A stretch of DNA of 64,000 nt, taken from Candidatus Gastranaerophilaceae bacterium (lineage in GTDB: Bacteria; Cyanobacteriota; Vampirovibrionia; Gastranaerophilales; Gastranaerophilaceae). The stretch is taken from assembly GCA_045635965.1 (NCBI GenBank), contig JAZTWQ010000004.1:36204-100203 (forward strand). Reading direction: 5' to 3'. The position numbers and the translations under genes are program-made. This document shows, in pieces, positions 47,010-56,903 of the stretch (the first letter of the stretch is position 1; each line of letters begins with the position of its first letter). The notes under the pieces are model-generated. The model saw only the letters and a list, made by a program, of their open reading frames with translations. It did not search any database and was not told the origin of the DNA.

Positions 47010-47565
47010 TTAATTCTTTACGCAACCTAACAAGGCAACTACTCGAGGGCGGTTTTCTTCCGACACTAAGCATTTACGCAGTACCAGTTGTATTATATTT
47101 TTTTGTTGAAGTATTGTAACTCAACACGGTGTAACTTCCCGCAAATCTTGGAAATCTACCCTGCCAACCAGCATCAATCAAACTCCAACCTTTAGGGCAA
47201 GGGTTTGTTTCTGATTCCACCACTACAGTGTTATTAAAAAATGCTACAGTTCCTTTTGGCACACCTCCACTTGAGTTTTTCAATGGTTCTATTTCTTGTT
47301 TTAATACATTATTTGATTCTACAAGTTTTTCTATTCTTCTGTTTATAATTTGCGCTTGCGCATCGCTATAATCATTGTGTTTTAATTGTTTTGTAATCAT
47401 TGGCGCAGAAAAGCCAAGCACCAAAGTCCCAATCAACAACGCAATCATCGTTTCTGCTACAGAAAAAGCCTTTATTGGTGTAGAATTTAGTCCTTGCAGT
47501 GCTAGCCCCTTCATCATTAGTCTTTGTAGCGTTAGACCTTCTGGTGCGTCAAAACGACGCACCAT
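47010..47565 (-). pseudogene. pilin-like protein, subfamily A, shortened and frameshifted near an A7 run
   Basis: KA|FSVAETMIALLIGTLVLGFSAPMI. The ORF stops at 47074. The family C-terminal signature (SEENRPRVVALLGCVKN*) is present in the +1 frame ending at 47010. Confidence 0.6.
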
Positions 47566-47699
47566 ACTGCGCCTAAACCTTTGCGGTGTTATAAATTAAT
47601 CCCTACTTCTTAATCTCATATTTAAACCTTTCCACATTAATTCAAATAACTTTTTATCAACTTAATAAAACCGACCTGCTTTTCTTTTTCGGTGGTAGA

Positions 47700-48444
47700 C
47701 TAATAATCCATTTTATTTTTAGTCAAAATATAAAACGCACAACCATAGCCAGGAGACCCCTTAGGTAAACAAGCTTTATCATAAGGATTAGTCGAATCTG
47801 GCGCACCACCTGGGACTAGCTTTCCATTCCTATATGAAAAAGAAAAAAAATCTTCTCCCCATTTATTTGGCGGAGCTGAATTATTTATATCAACAAAAAT
47901 CGTAAATACGCTATTAGTTAAAAACTCATCTCCATCAGTTGCTTTCCAAATTAAAGCCAAACCATTTTGCAAGACTATTTTATAATACCTTCTATCTGTC
48001 GCATACTTCACATCATGCAAAAGACCATCTCTTCGTTTATATTGAGAATTAACACACTTATTTGCATCATCATAAGTGCCACAATCCGTCATAATTTTAA
48101 AATACGGTTTTAAATTTTCTGCAATATCTATAGCGCCCTTTTCCGTCCATCGTTCAGTTGTCCATTCCGAAGCCTCTCCATTATCCCTTTGTGCAGACTG
48201 AACAGCTTGAGTCAATATTGAATAAGACGACTTCAACTTTGAAATTACTTGATGCCTTTGAATATTGCGGGTAAGAGTAGGAACGCTCATCGCAGAAACC
48301 ACTCCTATAATAGTCAAAGTAACCAAAACTTCCGCCAGAGTAAATGCTTTTTTATATATTTTTTGACCTGCGGAAAAATTTATCAGGCTACCAATTGCCC
48401 CCCCCCCCTACAACCATGCGGGTTTCCAGCGTTTTATTTCCCAT
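47700..48444 (-). pseudogene. pilin-like protein, subfamily B, leader out of frame at a G11 tract (phase-OFF state)
   Basis: AAGGAG-N6-ATG at 48444. MGNKTLETRMVV plus G11 gives GNW*. With G10 it gives ...GGGAIGSLINFSAGQKIYKKA|FTLAEVLVTLTIIGVVSAM, in frame with listed ORF 47700..48326. Confidence 0.7.
48398..48408 (-). repeat. coding-strand poly-G tract, 11 nt
   Basis: C11 counted on the plus strand. Confidence 0.95.
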
Positions 48445-48491
48445 GATTTTCTCCTTTTCTCACAAACTAACAAATGCTATCTGGCTAAATT

Positions 48492-48824
48492 TTAAACTTC
48501 TTCTTCTTTCTCTATATTTATGCCAGCCTCTTTAAGCGTTTGAATGAAATTTTCTGCAGCAGATTTTTGAATTTCAGGAGGAACTACTCGTAACAATTCG
48601 ACCGTTTTTGAGATAACAGGGTCTTTATCATACCAGCGATTGCCATTTACTGGTTTCACCATATTATAAAAAGCATCAATAGTTTCTTTAGAAACTTTTT
48701 CCTCAATCTTTTCTAAAAAGACCATAGCTTGAGACTTCAATTCATCTTGATAATTCTTTAATAAATCAATAACTTCCAATAGAATTGGGTCATGGTCATA
48801 CCATCTTTTATATTGCTGACTCAT
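48492..48824 (-). CDS. hypothetical protein with internal RWYD(H/K)DP duplication
   Basis: 110 aa. Its start overlaps the murA stop by 17 nt. Confidence 0.5.
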   Translation of the reverse strand: MSQQYKRWYDHDPILLEVIDLLKNYQDELKSQAMVFLEKIEEKVSKETIDAFYNMVKPVNGNRWYDKDPVISKTVELLRVVPPEIQKSAAENFIQTLKEAGINIEKEEEV

Positions 48825-50133
48825 TTAAACTTCCTTTTGTATTTGCATTATATAAATCATCAGAAACATTGAGCCTTTCAATATTTGCGCCCAATTTGCG
48901 TAATTTATATTCTAAATTTTCATAACCTCTATCGATATGAGAAAGGTTTTCAATTTCACTGTATCCTTCTGCCATTAACGCTGCTACAACCAAAGACGCA
49001 CCAGCTCTTAAGTCGCTTGCTTTTAGATTAGCACCTGTAAGCTTTTTCACACCTCGTACCAGTGAATGATTTCTTTCTTGGTGTATATCGGCACCCATTC
49101 TACGCAACTCCGGCACTTGCATAAATCTATTTTCATATAAGCTTTCTGTTACAATACTAACGCCATCCGCAGTTGTAAGCATAGCCATTGCAATTGCCTG
49201 CAAATCAGTCGGGAACCCTGGATAAGGTTGAGTTACAATATTTATTGCACTCAATCTGTGTCGACAACTAACTTCTAAGGCTGTCGGCTCAACCAATTTA
49301 ACATTCGCACCCATCCTCGTTAATTTTGAGGTAAAGAATGTCAAATGGTTAGGAAATATATTTTTAATAATACCTTTCCCCTTTGTACAAACCAACGCCG
49401 CCATGTACGTACCAGCTTCAATTCTATCAGGAATTGTAGTATATACAATTGGATGTAAATCAGATTGTTTTACCCCATTTATAACTATCTCTGATGTTCC
49501 CGCACCTTGAATATCTGCACCAATAGCATTTAAAAAGTTCGCCAAATCAATAATTTCAGGTTCTTGCGCAGCATTTTGGATACGAGTAGAACCCTCTGCC
49601 ATAACCGATGCCAGCATTAAGTTTTCAGTCGCACCAACAGATGGAATGTCAAGATAAATATCAGTTCCGCGCAACTTTGACGCCTTTGCATGCACATAAC
49701 CATTTTCAATTTTTATATTAGCACCAAGTGCCTCTAAGCCTTTTATGTGAAAATCTACTCGTCTTTCACCAATTGCACAGCCACCGGGAAGTGCGACAAT
49801 AGCCTCTTTGCAACGACCAACCAACGCGCCTAAAACGTTAAAAGATGCTCGCATTTTGCTAACTAACTCATATTTAGCAGTAACAGAAGAAATATCTGTT
49901 GCATCTATAGTAACAGATTTTTCTTCCCTGTCATAACAAGTTTTTACGCCTAACTGTTCAATAACATTAAGCATGATATTAACATCAGTCAAATCAGGAA
50001 CATTATAGATTTTAGAAACACCTTTAGGTAATAAAGCCGCCGCCATAAGCTTAAGTACAGCGTTTTTTGCGCCGCCAATTTCCACTTCACCCTTTAATGA
50101 TGTTCCGCCTTTTATCCTTAAAATTTGGGACAT
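48808..50133 (-). CDS. murA: UDP-N-acetylglucosamine 1-carboxyvinyltransferase
   Basis: GGAKNAVLK, LPGGCAIGERRVD (active-site Cys), 441 aa. Confidence 0.93.
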   Translation of the reverse strand: MSQILRIKGGTSLKGEVEIGGAKNAVLKLMAAALLPKGVSKIYNVPDLTDVNIMLNVIEQLGVKTCYDREEKSVTIDATDISSVTAKYELVSKMRASFNVLGALVGRCKEAIVALPGGCAIGERRVDFHIKGLEALGANIKIENGYVHAKASKLRGTDIYLDIPSVGATENLMLASVMAEGSTRIQNAAQEPEIIDLANFLNAIGADIQGAGTSEIVINGVKQSDLHPIVYTTIPDRIEAGTYMAALVCTKGKGIIKNIFPNHLTFFTSKLTRMGANVKLVEPTALEVSCRHRLSAINIVTQPYPGFPTDLQAIAMAMLTTADGVSIVTESLYENRFMQVPELRRMGADIHQERNHSLVRGVKKLTGANLKASDLRAGASLVVAALMAEGYSEIENLSHIDRGYENLEYKLRKLGANIERLNVSDDLYNANTKGSLNESAI

Positions 50134-50216
50134 TTTCCCTCCGATGCTAACTTCTCTACTATTATATAATAATATAACGGATATGCAAATTATAAACTTT
50201 ACTTAATTTAAAAAAT

Positions 50217-51368
50217 CTACATCTTTGGAATGATAATATTTATCGGATTAATTTGAATATTTTTATCAATATCTATAGCTGGTCGCAAACCAGCGTCTGG
50301 CAACTCATTTACAGGTTCAAGCTGAATGGCTTTTTCTTCCACAACCACCTTTACTGTTTCATCTAAATTTTTCTTTTTTAATTTTTTATCTTTTTTAGAC
50401 TTAACAAATTTTAAAATAAGCCCAGTTTCTTTTTTCTCTTGAGGAATTACAACATCTTCTTGAACCGCCTCAACATCGGTTTCTACAACCGTTTCAGAAA
50501 TTTCAATTCTTTTTCCCACAGCCTCATCAACCTGTTTTTCTTGGGAATTTAAACTTTTAATTTTTTCAACTGTTTTAGTTTTAATATCATTAATATTTTG
50601 AACTGACTCTTCATATTTTTTATTAACATGGAATTTTAAAAACTCATGTACCGTTGGAGGAGTTTTTTCTGCAGCAATTAATGGCGTCAAAACACTTTCC
50701 ACTCGATAAGCAGCATCCTTTGCTATCAATTGAGAGCCTTGTTTAACCTTTACCATTTGCTTTGCATCAGGAGAATAATTCAAGTTTACCAATCCAAATT
50801 CTGGGGCTTCCAAGTTCCTTTCATAAGCATTTTGCCATTTTATTGTTTCTGTATTCAAATCGACCAATGCTATATACGTATACAATTTAAATTCAGATTT
50901 AACCACATTTTCCCCTGGTACATTCAACCTTGACCACCAAGTAGGTTTTAGAAAGTCGCTAGTTGTATCCATTGCACCAGTTACAATCAAAACATTTGTT
51001 GTATCAAAATGATTGGCTATTTTTCTTAATGCCGCATAATTTATATCATAAGTGTAACGATAATTATCCAACAAGACATAAGACGCTCTTACAAGCGCTG
51101 GGGCACGTAACTCACTTCTAACATAAGACAAAGTAGGGGCTTTAACTTCTCCTTCAGTATTTAATTTATTAATTATTTCAGCCGCAATCATTTCACTAAC
51201 TTGAGGGTAAATAAAATATTTTGGATTTGCCTGCTCCACTCTATCAGACAACACCAATAATAGTTTTGTTTTTTCAGAATTTTCAGTAGTTTGCGCACAT
51301 GAAATTGAAAAACAAAAACTAAAAAACAAAACTATTACAACCCCAAATATTTTATTTAAATTACGCAT
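50217..51368 (-). CDS. secreted hypothetical protein
   Basis: 383 aa with a signal-peptide-like N-terminus ending SISCAQT. Confidence 0.5.
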   Translation of the reverse strand: MRNLNKIFGVVIVLFFSFCFSISCAQTTENSEKTKLLLVLSDRVEQANPKYFIYPQVSEMIAAEIINKLNTEGEVKAPTLSYVRSELRAPALVRASYVLLDNYRYTYDINYAALRKIANHFDTTNVLIVTGAMDTTSDFLKPTWWSRLNVPGENVVKSEFKLYTYIALVDLNTETIKWQNAYERNLEAPEFGLVNLNYSPDAKQMVKVKQGSQLIAKDAAYRVESVLTPLIAAEKTPPTVHEFLKFHVNKKYEESVQNINDIKTKTVEKIKSLNSQEKQVDEAVGKRIEISETVVETDVEAVQEDVVIPQEKKETGLILKFVKSKKDKKLKKKNLDETVKVVVEEKAIQLEPVNELPDAGLRPAIDIDKNIQINPINIIIPKM

Positions 51369-51456
51369 AATTTCCCTAATTTTCCTATACTAAATCCATT
51401 ATAGCTATTTATAAGTTTTTTTTATCCATTAATCACATGATTTTTATTTTCAAAAC

Positions 51457-51867
51457 ATGATAAATAATAACAATATGATTACTAACGAAGATTTATTTCA
51501 AATAGCAAAAGAAGTAGTTGAAAACTCTTACTCACCATATTCAAAATTTCCAGTAGGAGCGGCTGTTTTATATGAAGATGGGTCTGTTTACAAAGGGGTA
51601 AATGTTGAGAACTCCAGTTTAGGCTTGACGCTTTGCGCTGAAAGAAACGCTATATCTACAGCAATTGCACAAGGGCAAAAAGGGAAAATCAAAGCCATTG
51701 CAATCTATGCACCCAAAGAAAAAATGTGCGCCCCATGTGGTGCTTGTCGCCAATGGATTTGGGAATTTTCAAACAATGGAGATACAAGAATTATCATTGA
51801 ATCAAACGAAGGCGAGATTTATGAGACAACTATTAAAGAATTATTACCACTTGGGTTTAATCTTTAA
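51457..51867 (+). CDS. cdd: cytidine deaminase
   Basis: CAERNAI and PCGACRQ zinc motifs. Confidence 0.9.
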   Translation: MINNNNMITNEDLFQIAKEVVENSYSPYSKFPVGAAVLYEDGSVYKGVNVENSSLGLTLCAERNAISTAIAQGQKGKIKAIAIYAPKEKMCAPCGACRQWIWEFSNNGDTRIIIESNEGEIYETTIKELLPLGFNL

Positions 51868-51909
51868 TCTTTTTGTCTGATAAATTATAGTTTATTAAAA
51901 TCATCTTTA

Positions 51910-52714
51910 TTATTTAGAACATTTCTGCTTACCATTCCAGTTTAAATCATCACAGTGCAAATACTCCATATTACCTTTGTACACAACCCATGCTGCGCAC
52001 CCCCAACCTTCTTTATTTTTTCTACACGATGTATCAAAAGTATTAACCATTCCTTCACTACCAAAAGGGACTAGTTTATTATTTACAACAACTAAAGCAA
52101 AAACATCATGCCCCCATTTATTGGGTCCCCCTTGGTCCATTTGTATCTATAAAAGCAGTAATGTATGAAGTTTTATCACCTCTAAACCAAACAGAGGAAC
52201 CATCATTTAATATAATTTTGTAATAAAAATTTCCGCCGTGGTTTTCTGCATGATATTTTCCAATATTTTCCCCGTTTAAATAATAAAAATCGGCATCAGC
52301 AATACATTTTTTTGTATTTTCAAAACCACAATCTGTCGCTATTTTAAAATTATCTTTAATCATATTGTTATATATAATTAAAGCATCTTCTTTTGTAGCT
52401 CCTGTAATCCCCCAAGTATCGACATCTCCATATTCAACAACGGTTTTTTGATAAGCTTGGGACATAGTAGTGTAAAATTTTTTAACCTTATTAATTGTCG
52501 CTTGCTCAATATGTCTTTGATGAAGTGTTGGGATAGTCATAGCTGAAACAACTCCAATGATTGTTAAAGTTACCAAAACTTCAGCAAGCGTGAACGCTTT
52601 TTTATTAAATTTAAAGAAAGAACGATTAATTTTTTGATAGTTAGGAGAATTTAAACGGCACCCAAAGCCCCCCCCCCCTAGAAAATCAACGGTTTCAGCC
52701 ATTTTGTTCTTCAT
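51910..52714 (-). pseudogene. pilin-like protein, subfamily B, leader in frame (G11) but body split by a frameshift at a G5 run
   Basis: AAGGAG-N6-ATG at 52714. MKNKMAETVDFLGGGGFGC...NKKA|FTLAEVLVTLTIIGVVSAM. The two listed ORFs (52118..52810 and 51910..52140) join as FIDTNGPRGPNKWGHDVF if G5 (52127-52131) were G4. Confidence 0.65.
52668..52678 (-). repeat. coding-strand poly-G tract, 11 nt
   Basis: C11 counted on the plus strand. Encodes GGGG. Confidence 0.95.
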
Positions 52715-52902
52715 ACTTTTCTCCTTGTTTCTATGTTTAATGCGATTGTTTGTACCAGCTTTATAAACTTTGTGGGGTAAAACTGCACCTTTTGCTTTGT
52801 TGAGTTTCACTCAACCTATGTTTAATAATATATTATTTTTCAATTTTGAGCAAGAAGTTTGCATTTGATTTGATAAATTACAATTTTTAATACAAACAAA
52901 AA

Positions 52903-54198
52903 CTATTCTTCTAACACAAACTCAATCAAATCCTTAGTCGAATAAATATCCTCGACTATCAAAACCTCACACTCCAACTCTCGTTTCAAGTCATCAACCG
53001 TTAAATCATCCAAAAAGTTTTCAGTCAAAGGTTTTAACATTATAGTTGGAATTATCAGTGTTTTAATTTCATCTTTTTTATGTTTAAGTTGTTTGATAAT
53101 ATCCTGTCCAACAATAAGCCCCGTAACATTTACATCCTTGCCCCAAAACTCACTTTTTATAATTTCCATCCTAACTTCAAGATTTTCAATCGTGCTAAGA
53201 TACGCGGTTATATCTTTAAATATTGTTCCAGCCGCGACACTTGTTATAAAATGAAATGTTTTAGGCGTCTTAATAGATTTAGGCAAATCTTTTTTTCTAG
53301 ACTCAAAATCATCCATAACCATTCTCAATGCCCCAACTCCGTCTTCTAATTGCGCAAAATCGCCATAATACTCACGACTCGGTACTGTTTTTTCAGCAAT
53401 TAAAAAGAATTCATCGGAGGCACAAGCCACCTGACGACCATTTTTTTTATTGAATTCATCAATAATTTCAATAGTTCGAATCGCAACAGTTTTATCAACT
53501 CTAACAAGCGGAGTTTCTCTAAATTGAGTAATTCCAACAGGAACAACCGCAATTGATAACAATACATCATCAACAGTTGCTAAATCATCTAACGTTCTTT
53601 TTAATTCTTCATCATCATTGTACGTAGGACACAAAACAACTTGGGCATGAAATGGTATATCAATTTCCTTAAGCCAACGAAGATTATCCATAATTTTTCC
53701 AGCCATTTTGTTGTTCAGCATTTTTTGTCGTAATTCAGGGTTAGTAGTATGAACAGACACATACAATGGACCAAGCCTATCCCTTTCAATCCTAGCCCTA
53801 TCTGATTTTGTAAGATTAGTTAATGTTACATAAGTTCCTTGAAGGTAAGACAAGCGATAATCATCGTCTTTCACATACAAAGTATCTCTCATTCCCTCTG
53901 GTTGCTGATTTACAAAACAAAAAATACAATTATTTGCACACAACTTTATTTTATCAAAAACAGCACTTTCAAAAATTATTCCTAAATCTTCATCAAAATC
54001 TTTTTCAATTTCTATTTCTTCAAGCTCACCATTTTGTTTTTTTATGACTATTGTAAGCTCTTCATTCATAATCAAATAACGATATTCGATTAAATCTTTA
54101 GGCGCAATTTCATCAATAGTAAGGAGTTCATCACCTGCTGTAATTTCCAGTTCTTCCGCTATCGAATTTTTCTCAACTTCTGCAACCAACGCCCCCAT
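52903..54198 (-). CDS. PDZ plus DUF512 radical-SAM-like protein
   Basis: CANNCIFCF (CX3CX2C), DDDYRLSYLQGTYVTLTNL. Confidence 0.75.
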   Translation of the reverse strand: MGALVAEVEKNSIAEELEITAGDELLTIDEIAPKDLIEYRYLIMNEELTIVIKKQNGELEEIEIEKDFDEDLGIIFESAVFDKIKLCANNCIFCFVNQQPEGMRDTLYVKDDDYRLSYLQGTYVTLTNLTKSDRARIERDRLGPLYVSVHTTNPELRQKMLNNKMAGKIMDNLRWLKEIDIPFHAQVVLCPTYNDDEELKRTLDDLATVDDVLLSIAVVPVGITQFRETPLVRVDKTVAIRTIEIIDEFNKKNGRQVACASDEFFLIAEKTVPSREYYGDFAQLEDGVGALRMVMDDFESRKKDLPKSIKTPKTFHFITSVAAGTIFKDITAYLSTIENLEVRMEIIKSEFWGKDVNVTGLIVGQDIIKQLKHKKDEIKTLIIPTIMLKPLTENFLDDLTVDDLKRELECEVLIVEDIYSTKDLIEFVLEE

Positions 54199-54713
54199 TA
54201 ATTTGTCCTCAACCTTTCTACCATTAATTTAAGAGACTCAAGATTGTTTAAAGTTTCTTCAATAACAACTTTTTGATACTCATCATATTTAATATATTCA
54301 TCATTAAGCGCATTTTTTGCGTCAAGTTCTTGCAATTCAATAACTTGTTTTAAATCTTGCAAAAAGACATCTCTATCTTCTTTTTCCAACATCGACAAAG
54401 TCAAAAGCCTAACTGACAACTGATTATGAAAAATAGTTGGATTTAAAGATATATCCTCAAAAAACAACTCTTTAAAGACTTTTTTACCATTATTTGTAAC
54501 CGAATAAAATGTAGATTTTTTTCCACCTTCGGAAAATTTCTTATCAACTGATATTGCTTCTTTTTTCTCAAGCCGATGCATTGCAGGATGCATTGTTCCA
54601 AAAGATGGTTTTGTAATCATACCAAACTTCTCAATAATATCACGTCTTAAGGAATAAAGTGTTCTGTCTCTTTTATTTAAAATATACAAAATCAATAATT
54701 CAATCATAAACAA
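54198..54713 (-). CDS. PadR-like transcriptional regulator
   Basis: LLILYILNKRDRTLYSL...MHPAMHRLEKKEAI...FYSVTNNGKKVF winged-helix pattern. Confidence 0.65.
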   Translation of the reverse strand: MFMIELLILYILNKRDRTLYSLRRDIIEKFGMITKPSFGTMHPAMHRLEKKEAISVDKKFSEGGKKSTFYSVTNNGKKVFKELFFEDISLNPTIFHNQLSVRLLTLSMLEKEDRDVFLQDLKQVIELQELDAKNALNDEYIKYDEYQKVVIEETLNNLESLKLMVERLRTN

Positions 54714-54744
54714 AGATTAGCATATAATCGGACTAAAGACAATG

Positions 54745-56154
54745 TTATCTTCTTGAAAAAAAGCTCATTAATTTATCTAAAAAACCTTCTTGCGCATCAG
54801 GCTCAAGACTATCTAATGATTGCAATTTTCTTTTTATGCTTTCTGTTTCCTCACTTATTGGCGCACGTTCAAGATATTTTTCCCAAGCTTTTTTAGCATT
54901 TTCCCCATCTTTAACTTTTTCATAAGCCACAGCAAGAAGTTTTAAGTTTTGCATATTACTTTTATCTAAAACATATAATTTTTCATAAAAATCAAGTGCA
55001 ACTTTGTTTTCACCATGAGATTGATAAAATTCTGCCAATTTTTTTATCGCAAATGAATTATTTTCATCAATATTGTAAAGTTTTTCACAAAATTCAATAA
55101 CAGAATGATTATCATTCTGACGAGAATACACATTAATCAAAGACATAATAGCTTTTTCATCCTTTGAATTGGAATTATGAGCAAGCAGCAATTCATCAAT
55201 GGTCAAATCAATTTGACCTTTTAGCTCATAACATTTTGCCCAACAAAGATGAGACATATATTCATCATTTTTTGCCTCATAAATCATTGCTCTCATTTGA
55301 TACAACAGCGGCAAATTAGGAGCGGCTTTTTCAAGATTATTCAAATTTTCAAAAGCTTTATCAAATTCATTCAAATTATAGTTATATTCAGCCCACAAAG
55401 AATGATATTTTACCGCATTTTCATCATTCACTTTAATTTCCTGCAAAATCTTTAACGCATCATCATTTTTTTGTTGTTCTAAATAAACCTTTGCTTTTGT
55501 AAGTTCATTTTGAGCATATTTTAAAGTTTTTTCCAAATCTCCAGACTTATAATAAAGTTTCGCCAAATCTTCTTTTAGTTCAATTTCCTGAGGAAATTTT
55601 TCAACAACAGTTTCTAATAACCCAATAGCTTCTTCTTCCGATTCTTGTTTGTATAACTCAATCAATCTGGAATAAATATTTAAATTTTCTTCTGTTTCTA
55701 AAAGTCTCAAATATTCCTGAATAGCTTCTGTATTTTTTTGCAAAGACTCATACATTACAGCAAGCATAAAACGAGCATTTGAAATTTCTTTTTCATCTTT
55801 TGCACTTGATATAGCCTTTTTAAAATCATCTACGGCTTGTCCATTTTTCTTTTCAATAATTTTTATATGAGCTCGATTCATATAATATTGATATTTATCA
55901 CGCTCTAAATACAAATCAATCAATTGAAAATAAGAAATAGTATCATTTGCATCTATTGATTTATACTTTTCCCACCAAACAATTGCTTGCTCATCATTCT
56001 TTAAAACCTCATAATCCATCGCAAGGTTTTTAATAATCTCAAGGTTATTAGGCACCATTTCATCAAGTTTCAACAACTCTTCAACAGCTTTTTCATACTG
56101 CTCATTTTGCTCTAATTCTTCAATTTCTTTCAACATTTTTGCAATATTTGCCAT
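54745..56154 (-). CDS. TPR-repeat protein
   Basis: 469 aa of repeated A..Y/L..A TPR-like units. Confidence 0.65.
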   Translation of the reverse strand: MANIAKMLKEIEELEQNEQYEKAVEELLKLDEMVPNNLEIIKNLAMDYEVLKNDEQAIVWWEKYKSIDANDTISYFQLIDLYLERDKYQYYMNRAHIKIIEKKNGQAVDDFKKAISSAKDEKEISNARFMLAVMYESLQKNTEAIQEYLRLLETEENLNIYSRLIELYKQESEEEAIGLLETVVEKFPQEIELKEDLAKLYYKSGDLEKTLKYAQNELTKAKVYLEQQKNDDALKILQEIKVNDENAVKYHSLWAEYNYNLNEFDKAFENLNNLEKAAPNLPLLYQMRAMIYEAKNDEYMSHLCWAKCYELKGQIDLTIDELLLAHNSNSKDEKAIMSLINVYSRQNDNHSVIEFCEKLYNIDENNSFAIKKLAEFYQSHGENKVALDFYEKLYVLDKSNMQNLKLLAVAYEKVKDGENAKKAWEKYLERAPISEETESIKRKLQSLDSLEPDAQEGFLDKLMSFFSRR

Positions 56155-56237
56155 ATAACCTCCGATGATTTAATTTTTTCTAAATTATAGAATAAACAAA
56201 GTATAGCAACAATAAGAAAATCGGGTATAATGTAAAT

Positions 56238-56882
56238 ATGAAAAAAATATTATTACTAATTAGCTTTTTATTATTTTTTACAACATCCGCAATTGCAGAT
56301 GTTATTCCTCGATACTCTGACAACATAAGACACAGCGGTATCGGTGCATTTAATACGCCCAACGAATTTAATATTTATGCAGAACCAGACGAAAACTCCC
56401 AAATTCTTCACACTATAAAATGGAACGAAAAAGGATTAATCGACACAAATATAAAAGAACACGAAATATTTATATCATTTATTCCATCCGAAAACATTGC
56501 CTACAGCGCAGTAGACGACGAAATAGATGGTTGGGTAAAAATATTTTACTCCCAATCTCAAGGCAAAAGCGGCTGGGTTAAAGCCACCGCAAAAAACCGC
56601 TACGTCTCTTGGCTTGGATTTTATATGAGCTGGGGTAGAAAAAACGGTGTATATTTTTTCAAAGACATGCCCGACATTAACAAACGCCTACTTTCTGCTC
56701 CAGATGCAGCAAGCCAAAAAGTTTGGGGAATAACCTACCCCAAGTTTATTAAACTAACTCTCGTTAGAGGCAACTGGATGTTAGTTAAATTGCTAGATTT
56801 TGGCGACGAAGCAAAAATCGGCTGGATACAATGGCGCGATGAAAACGGTAAATTCTTAATGTTCCCAATTATGAAAAGGTAA
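56238..56882 (+). CDS. secreted protein with SH3b-like repeats
   Basis: Signal peptide MKKILLLISFLLFFTTSAIA. GWVKIFY..GWVKA and NWMLVKL..GWIQW. Confidence 0.5.
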   Translation: MKKILLLISFLLFFTTSAIADVIPRYSDNIRHSGIGAFNTPNEFNIYAEPDENSQILHTIKWNEKGLIDTNIKEHEIFISFIPSENIAYSAVDDEIDGWVKIFYSQSQGKSGWVKATAKNRYVSWLGFYMSWGRKNGVYFFKDMPDINKRLLSAPDAASQKVWGITYPKFIKLTLVRGNWMLVKLLDFGDEAKIGWIQWRDENGKFLMFPIMKR

Positions 56883-56903
56883 ACACTCTTAAATTATTTA
56901 AAT

